Of a DNA stretch of 64,000 bases, positions 48,732-59,258 are shown piece after piece. Where the stretch lies: the NCBI RefSeq assembly GCF_000181795.1, contig NW_003526943.1, positions 808,487-872,486 on the forward strand, given 5' to 3'. Numbering within the stretch: position 1 is the first letter of the stretch; the number at the start of each line of letters is the position of its first letter. The notes beneath the pieces were generated by a model, which had not been told where the DNA came from, did not search any database, and was given only the letters and a program-made list of their open reading frames with translations. Source of the DNA: Trichinella spiralis (Eukaryota). The translations under genes were made by a program, and so were the position numbers.

Positions 48732-49965
48732 ATGGAGTTAGTGAGCAATTCCGAAGCTTTTGAGATTTTCTTGGTATATTTTCTTTTAACCATAGCTCCC
48801 CATTTAATGAATAATGCTACAAAAGCGGTATGATGTTTATTTGGGAGTGTACTCTCATTTTTAGTGTTTTATTTTAATTTCATTATATATTTCTTTAAGA
48901 TTTCCTACTTTTGTTTAAATCGTAATAAATATGCTAATATTAAAAAGAAAAAAGTGGATGAATTATACGATAAACTGAAAGGAATCAACATCATGCAGCA
49001 GTTTGCTGAGCATTCGAGAATGACTCGCCAGTTATCGATTGCCAAAAGAAATTATGACAAAGCTAGTGAGTGATAACTTATGAAATTTTTTACAAAAGTA
49101 TTATATAGTTTTTGATTATTTTTATATCAGTTATTGACGACAAATTTCGAGTGTTGAAATTTCGTTTTGGTATTGCTTTTGCTTTTTACATCACTATGGT
49201 ATGTCGTGTTTTTATTTGAAGCTGTATTATAGTTTTGTAGTTGAAGATGTTTTGTATTTGATTTTAATAACGGTTGAAATAAATAATATAAATTAGTACA
49301 ATAAATAACATATGTATTTCTTTTGTTTACTTTTAATTTATTACTTGGTTGTTAAGAAGAATTTTCATTCATACTTTTTAAAGACATTTTTTCTAAGTTC
49401 AGGTTGTCATTATTTGCTGGATTTTATATAATTATTATGGAAGGGCTATTCTCATATTCCCGAAAACTTGGTTTGGCCCGTTTAATCGAGTTTTGAGTTT
49501 CCCTGCTGTCTCAGACACAGATGAAGAAGGTATGTAAAATATATTTTAAAATTGTTACTTTGTATTATCTTGGTTTATGATCATTTAAATGCATGTTGTT
49601 TTCCGGTTTTTCTCCAATTACATTTAAATGCAGTTAAGTAATGTATTAAAATGTTACATACATGAGTTTATTGCATAATTATCGATGATGCTTCCAATGT
49701 AAAATTTGTCATATTTCTTGACAGTGCTACAACTGAACGTAAGATTTTTACGGTTTGTAAATTTTTTGTATAGATTTATTTATTATGATAATGATTTTGC
49801 ACTGTTTAGCACGTTCATTGATTTAGCCTTATTGTATTACAGATTTTGCGTTTTAAATTTCTATTTATAGTGGGTGTTAGCGCTTTCTTCATGTTGGGCC
49901 TCACACTCCGTGTGATTGCAGCAACGGTGACCACTCCTTTTACGTTTAACTTCAACAATCTATGA
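48732..49965 (+). CDS. GET1: Tail-anchored protein insertase GET1/WRB (CHD5-like)
   Basis: Five exons: TM1, coiled coil with INIMQQFAEHSRMTRQL, TM2, ILIFPKTWFGPFNRVLSFP, then VGVSAFFML (TM3). Matches the WRB layout (MMDEFA.YA...R; W..P....FP...VG). Confidence 0.82.
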
Positions 49966-50256
49966 TGCCGTTAAAAGATCAGTGAATTGTTTTCTCATTT
50001 ACTGTTGTTTATTAGTAATTATGTTAATAAAATAATATAAAAATTATGTGAATGAAATATCAAATTATGAAAATCATTCATAATTCAAAGTTTAAAATGT
50101 TTATTAAAATCTTTATATTTATATTGTTTAAAGAGTTGAAACTTTGAAATTTTCAACTTTAAAGTACACTTTAAATATGCAATGTGAATGTGATATTGAA
50201 TTGCAACGGCCCTGTTGTATTGTATTCAATTGCTTGCTCGCATTCATTCGAATTTT

Positions 50257-51357
50257 ATGATGAGCAGCGACAGCAGTTCAGAATCTGATTCATTGTCATT
50301 CCTTGAAGAAGGTATGCTTCTGAAAGATCAGTGGTTAATATTGGAAAAATTAGGTTCCGGTAACTTTGGGGCTGTTTACAAATGTGAAGATCAGAGTACA
50401 AAAGAAATTGTGGCAGTGAAAGTAAGATGAAAAAATGATTATCTATTTTACGTTGAAAACATAAGTAGCAAAGTTGTGGTTCAGCCGTTTGTTATTAATT
50501 TGTTAAAATGGCTCGATGTACAGAAATTTGTTTAGGCAGAAGATGCGAACAGGGATGAATCGGCTTTGGCTTTGGAAATTCATATTCTGAAGCTTCTCCA
50601 AGGTCGAAAACACATCTGCCAGCTTTATTCATACGGTACATGTTTCGGTTTACATTTCATGATTATCAGCTTGTTGGGAAAATCGGTGTGGGAGTTGCAG
50701 ACAGAAACGCCAGACGGACAATTTTCCATTAGCACTTATCTACGCATTAGTGTGCAGAGCTTGCACGCGCTGGAAGCTTTGCACAGCGTCGGCTACGTGC
50801 ATCGAGATGTCAAGACAGACAATTTGACCATTGGATATGGGGAAGTGGAACAACGACGAATTTACTTGATTGACTTTGGTTTGGCCAAACGATACACCGA
50901 TGAAAATGGAAATGTTCGTCAGCCGAGAAGAAAGCCAGGCTTTCGTGGCACGTCTACATACGCATCGATCAGCGCACATAAGCAAAAAGAATTAGGAAGA
51001 GTTGATGATCTGTGGTCTTGGCTTTACACTACGATGGAAATGGCTAGTGGACATCTGCCTTGGAATGGTCTTAAGAAAAAGAAACTCCTGGAAGCAAAGA
51101 TCACTTTTGGAGTTGAAGATATTTGCCAAGTTCTGCCGATTGAATTCAAAGAAATCTTTTTGCATTTGCTCAGTTTGACATATTATGATTGTCCAAATTA
51201 CGATTTTATCAGCAAAATGATTCAAAATGCGTTTAAACGTTTGGGTTGTTGCAAAAACGATCCGTACGACTGGGAAACAGCTGCAGATGTAAAACAGTCA
51301 GAACTGAATACTGAATCCGAAGTTAATCGTGAAGAAGAGAAACAACTTTTATCTTGA
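50257..51357 (+). CDS. Tau-tubulin kinase-like CK1-group Ser/Thr kinase
   Basis: Two exons (intron ~50422-50536): LGSGNFGAVY, VAVK, LEIHILKLLQGRKH, HRDVKTDN, IDFGLAK, GFRGTSTYAS, GRVDDLWSW, GHLPW, DPYDWE. Confidence 0.93.
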
Positions 51358-52017
51358 TAAGACATTGTTTACTAATCTTAATATTTTAAAAATATTTATT
51401 GTTTGTTATAAAGCTGTTCATTTTTTTCCATCTACGTTCGTAACGAAATTTCGAGTTTTGTCTGATTCATTTTATATAAACATACTCTATGCATCAATAT
51501 ATGCTACTTTTAATCGAAAAAAGTTGTATTTGGGTTTAAATTTAAATTAAAATAAAATTTAAATATTATTAAAGTTTTAAAATGGAAATGTAAGTGGTTT
51601 GATAAGCAGTGCAAATCCAAAATGTCGATTATGACAATGCACTACAGTGGTCGCCTAAAATTGTTCTTCAAAATCATTAACTGTAGTCAATTGTTAATTT
51701 TTTTCTTTGTTCTATAATTTTTGAAGCATTGTTGTTTAATCGAGTGAAGCATGATTTTCATTAGTAATGTATGATAAATTTTCGTATTTAAGTGTTAAAT
51801 TCTAGAATTTTTTTGTCGTGTTAAAGATTTATCTGAGATACGGTAAAGGTAGAGATTTATTTCTAAGCAATTTAATTTCGAAGAAATTTTTTGATATTGT
51901 TCATTAATAAAGAAATATTTACGCTGGAAGCGATGTGAATTTTCATCTGTAATACATATTGTAATTCACCTAAACTTCGCCGAAATATTTCAGATTACTA
52001 GGCTGTGAAAAGGAAGC

Positions 52018-52524
52018 ATGGCTGTTTGGAATGTCAGTTTAGAAAATGTTTTCGATTCGAATCAAATGCCATCAAATACTTCTCAGTTAGTGAAGATGGC
52101 CCTGACGCAAAAGACTGAAAAATCGACAGCAGTGAAACCACTGAATTCGACGGTCGAACAGACAGTGGTGAAATTTGAAGAACCTTCTACGTCACGTCCT
52201 GTTGCCTATTCACAAGAGCAGAGAGCGTCGAATCGTAAAAGAACGCTGTCTCAAAAAAGTGATGTTATATCATTAAAGAAGGCGTTGTTGGAGGTTCGAA
52301 AATTTAGTGTCCGTGGATTTCAAGGGGAAGAATGCAGAAAGCAAAAGGAACAAATAGCAATCACTTTGGGTGCAAAACCATCGAAGCGTCCTTATGTCAA
52401 CTATAAAGAATTGAAGGTTGTTCGACAGCTGGAAAAAGCGAAAGAACGAGAGAGGAAAACTATCCAGCGTATGTTAACTTCAAAGAAACGAAGGAAAATT
52501 TTAAAAAGGCGTCGAAGATTGTAA
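52018..52524 (+). CDS. C1orf131: C1orf131/DUF4602-like basic nucleolar protein
   Basis: Single-exon ORF, 168 aa, with LKKALLEVRKFSVRGF...AITLGAKPSKRPYVNYKELK; TTTCAG acceptor just upstream. Confidence 0.8.
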   Translation: MAVWNVSLENVFDSNQMPSNTSQLVKMALTQKTEKSTAVKPLNSTVEQTVVKFEEPSTSRPVAYSQEQRASNRKRTLSQKSDVISLKKALLEVRKFSVRGFQGEECRKQKEQIAITLGAKPSKRPYVNYKELKVVRQLEKAKERERKTIQRMLTSKKRRKILKRRRRL

Positions 52525-52698
52525 TATTAGTTTTTTTTCAAGAAAGAGAAATATGTTGAAGCGTTATTACGATTTTACTGCTCTTTAGCTATGAACAATG
52601 AAAGCCAAAATCAAGTCAACTATAACAATCGGTTTATTTTTTAACAGTAATTATTACATTCTGAAAATGCAAAAATAACTGCGATCACAAAAGAAATT

Positions 52699-53385
52699 TC
52701 AGAACGTTCTGCGCAACAGCTGTCCAACACGTGACTGATCTTCAAATAAGCTCTTAACCATGTAGATTTGCAAAGCAGCGACTGTAATCATGGCAATCAA
52801 ATTTATAAATGACCAAAAATTAACCCTGCTCAATTTGGATTCCATCAACATTCTATCGCGTGTTTCGTAAACTCTTCTCGACGACTGAAAGTGTTCTGCA
52901 GCATCTAACTGTTTCCTCAATCGAATCAAACGTTCGCGCAACGTTTCTGCAGCAACAGTTAAGCTAGAATAAGATTCTGAAGCTGCCATGCCGAAAGCTT
53001 CTTCCGATTCGGATATGCCTTCAGCGTTCAACAGCTGCACAGCAAAATAGACTGTCTTCGATGCCAGGCTGCTGAAAGTGTTGTCAAAGCAAACTTGATA
53101 ATCTCCTTTTTGGGTGACGTCCAGATCGTGGCTATTTTCGGACTTTCGCACATCCTGCATCAATACTGAGCCGGAAGGATTGAGAACTAAAACGTTCACA
53201 TCCAGATCACCACCATATATCACTTGATAATCGAATATCAATTTGCTGTGATTAGCTGATTCTACCGGTACAAAATAACATTGTAAGCGAGATGCCGGAA
53301 TAGCAATGGCAAACGCTTCTTCACGAGCGTATACTATGTGAGAAAGTGGAAAAAGAAGAATACAAAATAATAGGTGATGCATCAT
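52699..53385 (-). CDS. p24/TMED (emp24/gp25L) cargo receptor, gamma-like
   Basis: Signal peptide, GOLD domain (CYF, YQVIYGGDLDVN, GDYQVCFDNTFSSLASKTVYF), coiled coil, RVNFWS, TM, KSLFE tail; intronless CDS. Confidence 0.93.
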   Translation of the reverse strand: MMHHLLFCILLFPLSHIVYAREEAFAIAIPASRLQCYFVPVESANHSKLIFDYQVIYGGDLDVNVLVLNPSGSVLMQDVRKSENSHDLDVTQKGDYQVCFDNTFSSLASKTVYFAVQLLNAEGISESEEAFGMAASESYSSLTVAAETLRERLIRLRKQLDAAEHFQSSRRVYETRDRMLMESKLSRVNFWSFINLIAMITVAALQIYMVKSLFEDQSRVGQLLRRTF

Positions 53386-54023
53386 ACTCTCCAGTTCCTA
53401 AAACAATTCACAAACTGAACAAGAATAAAAAAATATCTCTTTAAATTACCTCAATATATTAAGTAGATAACAACAGTAATAAGTGGAATGCTATCACCGA
53501 CAAACTAGTTTTACACATCGTCACGTTATCATTTAAAAACAATCAAGTACAAATGATAGTTAATCAATGCAATAAAAGAAATTTTTTGTCAATTTTTAAT
53601 TTGCTATAATGAAATGCTATCAACTTCATTATACAATTCTTAATAAACTTGCAATGTTAAATATATTATTTTTAAAAAGAAATAAAAGTTAATTTTAGCT
53701 GCATTTCACGTAGTAATTTCATATATGCATATTTGTGTACCTTAGTTTTGTTTTATTAATACAGTAGTCTTATATAGTTTATGATTTTTAAATATTCATG
53801 AAAAACAATTAATGTGATAAATTCTAGCAAGGAAAAAACAAACAATTAATGTTAAAATACCTGATTATTTTAAATTTAACGTTAAATATTATTAAATGTA
53901 GTTAAATTTAATTTTGAAAATCATGAGACAATATTATGATGTTCAAGTTGTTATTGATTACGGTATTACACGTTGTTCATTCAGTGTTGTCAGTGTGGCG
54001 GTTTTTCTGCGCAGGCTCTCGGA

Positions 54024-56002
54024 ATGTCAGTGGAGATTTCTAACGAGGTTGTGGTGGATGATGAGATTGTTTCAAATCATCATTCGGCCAACAACAGACG
54101 CTCTCGAACTCAGAGTCGCAGCTCGACAAGGACCCCTTCCCGTTCGCGATCGTTTACTAGATCACGCACCGCTACTCGGTCACGGTAAGGCATTTCAGTT
54201 GTCAACATTTAAGTATAATTTGAATATTTTGAAGGAGCTTTGATATTTTTTGATCAATTTTAGAACTCGTTCTCGAAGTCGAGACCGACGTCGAAACAAG
54301 CGCAGCAGATCATCTTCCCGTGACCGTCGTCGCCGCCGCTCTCGTACACGATCAATTTCGTACGATTTTTTTTCTACAGAATTTTAAACAATTTCTTTTT
54401 AAATCGATTATAATTTTAGCAGAAGCCGTTCTCGTGACCGAGGACGTCATGGGCGTCGACGAAGCAAATCTCGCTCACCTATGTCAAATCGAAAGCGTCA
54501 TTTAGCGCCGCGAGTAAGTTTGCTTGTTTCTTTTCTTCGACGCTTTTGTTACCGTATAACGTATTGTTTTATCAAAGTTATAGTTACATTTGCATGTTAT
54601 TTTTTTCTTGAAATTGTCTTTTGTATTTCATTTAAATAATAATTATTTTAGGAAAATCCACCAACTTCTCGTTGTTTAGGCGTTTTTGGTCTAAGTTTGT
54701 ACACAACTGAAAGGGATTTGCATCAGTTGTTTTCGAGATATGGAAAAGTGGATGACGTTCAACTTGTTTATGATCATCCTGTATGAGTTATTTATTTTTC
54801 ATTTGATAACGATGATAATTTTGTGAATTTTAGAGTGGGCGTTCGCGTGGTTTTGGATTTGTTTACTTCGATACTGTTGACGACGCTGTGTTGGTAATAA
54901 ATTAGTTTCTTTGTCTGTGCATTTTTTTTCGAATTAGTTTTTTTTTCAGGCCAGAGAACGTGCAGCAGGCACAGAAATAGATGGTCATCGCATAAGAATT
55001 GACTTTTCTATTACTAAACGTCCGCACACTCCTACACCTGGTATTTATATGGGAAGAACATCGTAAGTTATTTTGTTGAAGAAATTACAATTCATTTATT
55101 TGTTTGTTATTAATAGTTCTTTTAGTCGCCGCAGTTACAGAGATGATTATTATCGTGGAAGGTCGCCATCGCCGTACAATTATCGTCGACGTTCACGTTC
55201 GTACTCCTACAGTCCTAGACGTTAGTATTATTTTATCGCGTAATTCATTTAATTGCGCAGTGCAGTTAATTGATGTTGACAAGTCCCCGTGAGGTTGCAT
55301 TGCAGTTTTTTTCCATATAGGTTTATTTGTAAGAAGTTATTTATGTAAAATTGGAGTAACATGCTAAGAAAAATGCAAAATAATGATACTTTCTGTATTC
55401 TGGGCAGTGCTTGTGATAAGAAATTTTCATTTCTCAGTTTTTTTAAATTGAAACTTTCAACTTTCACTAAGTTAGAAAATGGTGTTCGTTTTCCTCTACT
55501 TCAGTGATTTTGCGCTGCATGCGTTATTTTAATGATATTCGCCTTTTTTCAAGGCTGTGTTGAAGAATGAATAATGTGAGAAGTGAGTCTAAATGAAGAA
55601 ATGAAATCTTGATAGGCATTTTGTTGGCTTTGAAAGAAAACAATTGTTAAGTTTTAAAAAAATATATGTATATATTCTCCGAAGTTTGCCCAAGAAGTCT
55701 GAGTTTTGCGTCATTCTGCCTGGGTGTACTTTTTGGAGAAGAAATGTAGAAGAATGAAAATTTTTTTTATAACCGAAAATGTTAAGTGCTGTATTGAGAA
55801 GACACTCTCAGAAGTGATAGAAGCAGTAATGGTATTTGTACTTGTTATTTGTAATTGTATATTTTGTGTATTGGCGAACTAACAAGTTTTGGAAAAATGG
55901 TGAAGTATTCACTGTATGCACAGTGAATGAATATGAATTTGCTGACATTTACTATATTTAGGTTTATTATTTTTTTATTATACACTTGTTTTTTTAGGTT
56001 GA
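54024..56002 (+). CDS. TRA2: Transformer-2 family SR-like splicing factor (RS1-RRM-RS2)
   Basis: RS repeats, [73 protein letters not shown], then RSPSPY...SYSPRR*. Final codon and stop after splicing 55220->55998. Confidence 0.96.
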
Positions 56003-56190
56003 AGGCGCTTTTGGAAGTTGCGCATTGACCGATCTGGAAAGCAGCGTTTATGTAGAATTTAGCAAATGTTTTTATAAGGCGTAGTAACGGTACATCATTA
56101 TCATTATTTGTTTGTTTTTATAATAAAGTTGGCATTTATTTAAAACTTGTCCGTGCAGTGAATCATTGAAAATTTTCATCAGCAAATTCT

Positions 56191-57578
56191 TCATTGTATT
56201 CCAAGAAGTTCTCTGTACTGTTCCTTCAAAACTGTCCAGCAATATTTGCGAAAATCAATATTTAAGCGGTCGCGTTTTAAACGAGCCAGAGATGGATTGT
56301 AGCAAAATTGTCGTAACTGTTTATACAACTGTTGTTCAGTATTGTACAGACATCGCTTATCATAAATCTCAGGATAGGATAGTGCGTTTGGACAAAGCGG
56401 CCAACAGCCGAGATAAACCGCTTCTAGCCTTAAAAGTAATATATTGTAACAGTGAAATTGTAACATTTTTTGATTGGAAATATTTACACTGAAACACCAA
56501 AAAATTCATGCCTAGCCGTGGAGACGACAACGTGCGCACGTTTCAGAATGTTACAGTAATCCACTTTGCTTTTCAAATAACCCCAGTTGAGAATATTATC
56601 GTTCAGTGTTTGTTCCGCTTCTGAGAAACAATCTAAACATAAATTTTCAGAAGTGACAACACAGAGTGCGACTTTATGAGTAAAGGTGAAAAATACCTGG
56701 CTTTTCTTGATAATTTTCACCAAGTACGGAAATTTTAAATTTGAACGATTCACTTTTGAGACGAATCAACACACGGAAAAACAATTCTGGATTTTTGTCA
56801 TGTTCCCTGAGAAGTTTGATTCGCCACCATCAAATGAAATATTTTAAAACAACCAACACTTACCAGCGGTGTGGCCAAACTATATGCAACAATTCGCTGT
56901 CTGGCAATTTTTCATTAGAATTGCAACCAACAGATAAACTTGGAAAATCAATTGGATAATATAAAACTCTGCTTTTGAGTGCAATTCTTTCCAAAACATG
57001 CTTTGGCTTGCTGTCGGACGGTATGTAAGCAAAAATGTGAGGAATGTTTTCGAGGAATGATTGCATGTTAAAATGCGAATTAAAAACAATTACATCTGCA
57101 ACTAAGCTGCAAATAAAAATAAATAAATAAACATGTATATTTATATATATGCTTACCTAGATAGTATTTGATTGTATGAAAACTGAAAATCTCCCTCCGT
57201 TTCTCGTTGAATTGGATAAACTAACTGATTTTCATGGAAATAGATAACCTTTTTTATTTTTGATAGATCATTTCTCAGTGCAATCAATTCTGCCAGGTTT
57301 AGCACAGATGAGCAAAATAATGTACTAAAAGTTAGATATTAAAATTTTAAAAAACAATAATTTTATGCTTCCACTTATGAATTGCAAAGTCACCTATAAT
57401 CCACGTTGTATGGAACAATTTCAGAAAAATACAAGGCTGCTGTTCGAGCTCTCCACTGCCATTTTTTAGCTGATAATGAATAAATATCAAGGGTGGTACT
57501 GAATTCACGTTTAAACAAAGATACAAGTTGTTCATGTGATCCACCACAGAATGGTTCCAGAATCAATACTTTTGACAT
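56191..57578 (-). CDS. GTDC1: GTDC1/QTMAN (tRNA-queuosine mannosyltransferase family)
   Basis: ILEPFCGGSHEQL, LSAKKWQWRARTAAL, VLNLAEL, IYFHENQLVYP, FNSHFN, LHIVWPHRWEHDKNPELFF, VVVSTARHEFFGVSVLEA, CPNALSYPEI. Confidence 0.93.
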
Positions 57579-58261
57579 AACAATTAGCAAGATGTATATT
57601 ATCTAAAAGAAAATACATTTCTTTAAATGAAGTTTGTATAGCACTAAAAATTACCATAAAATACATTCATATTTCATTATTGCGTTAATTAAAAAAATGA
57701 TTTTTTAATTTCAAATACCCTCTCTGTTATTTACTTGAAATTTTAATACAGTTTAAAATGCCACACTTCATAATAAAATTAAACGCAAATGATTTTCGAA
57801 ATAAAAACAAATAATTATTAATAATAAAATAAAGTAATATTTAAATTATTAAAACGTTGAAATTTGAAATCTTTGAATGGAATAAAAATTACAAAAGTGT
57901 AAAATATTTTTTACAAACTAATTACCGAAATATGATGTGCAAGCTAGTAAAAAACTGATGAAGTGCGTAATCCTGTATACTTGTGTACTATATTGCATAA
58001 TGTTATGGATTATAAATTTTACTTTAATTAGAATTAAAAAGTAGCTTAATAAATTTGGATTTGTTAGTTGAATTTGCTTGAATTTTAATTGTCAATATAT
58101 TAAATGAACTGAACGAATTTAACTTTAGTAGAAACATGAATTACAGTATGGGCCTGCAATTGATACTTGATTTTGCTATTTTTGGTGGTAGTTTTCACAG
58201 TCGGTGCTGACTATTTGAATTGGGTTTGATCAATAGTTGTCTTGGCCGATCGATTTGACTG

Positions 58262-58840
58262 ATGGAGATTGAAGAAGCGGAATTTCTTGCCGAAAAGCAG
58301 ATAATCGAAATGTTGCCGAATTTCAAGGCGCCAGTTTTGAACTTGATGACCGTCACCGTCGGTCCGTTCAATCCGGGCGTGGTGACCAAAGCCCCGCTCT
58401 GGTTGGTATTGCTTCTTTGCGAGCAGAATCGTTGCCGAATCCTGCCGCCGAGCTGGTTGAACGTGGAATCGTTGACGGAAATTCGTTCCGCGGAACGTGC
58501 GGCTCCAATATTCACCAAACTTCCAAATCCGTGCTTTTTCGAAATATCCACCATCATCTTGCAAAGGTTCTCGATCGAAGTTCCCAACGCCGACGCGGTG
58601 AAGGCACTTTTCCACGACATCTTGGACATTCGTATGGCCAAATTGGACAGCAGTATAAGCGCCTTCTTCGGCAGCGGTTCCGCGCACGCGGTCGTCAACA
58701 ACTTGACGTCGTTTGAAATTATTCGAATAAGGACCTTCCTGTCCGATTCGTTGTCCCGGTTGAACACGTTGGAGATGAGCGCTAATGTAAACCCATTCAC
58801 TGCTGCTTCCACTTCGACATCAACATCCGGCACTAATTGA
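58262..58840 (+). CDS. GINS2: GINS complex subunit 2 (Psf2)
   Basis: Single-exon 192-aa ORF: EAEFLAEK, GPFNPG, PLWL, CRILPPSWL, DILDIRMAKL, NNLTSFEI. Confidence 0.95.
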   Translation: MEIEEAEFLAEKQIIEMLPNFKAPVLNLMTVTVGPFNPGVVTKAPLWLVLLLCEQNRCRILPPSWLNVESLTEIRSAERAAPIFTKLPNPCFFEISTIILQRFSIEVPNADAVKALFHDILDIRMAKLDSSISAFFGSGSAHAVVNNLTSFEIIRIRTFLSDSLSRLNTLEMSANVNPFTAASTSTSTSGTN

Positions 58841-59258
58841 AGTTTTTTTGCGTTTGATGGTTTTTTTGTAAATTATACTTTTTTGCAATTCAACATTGGG
58901 AATGCATTTAAAAATTTCATTCACATCTGAGAAATTGTGAATAGTCTTTCTCTTTTATCGTTATGATGTTATTATTAATGAATTTTTTTGTATATAAAAA
59001 AGTTTCCATTTCACTTCATTCGAACATATTACACTGATGTCTTTAATATAATAATACATAAAACCTCAGAACGGTACACAAAAGCGAAAGACAGTGATGA
59101 TGATGATGATAATAATAAAAAGAAAGTTATCAATTTACATCGAACCGATTTTGAGAGTGTCAATTAAATTTTTTCAGAAAATTTATTTGCATGTTAGAAA
59201 ACTTTGCACAACATATGCAATGGGAAAGGATGATTTTCCTAGGCAGATTTAGATCAAG

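Noticed and set aside
58195..58833. 212-aa and 158-aa antisense ORFs over GINS2
   Set aside because: Shadow frames of a GC-richer coding exon; no recognisable motifs.
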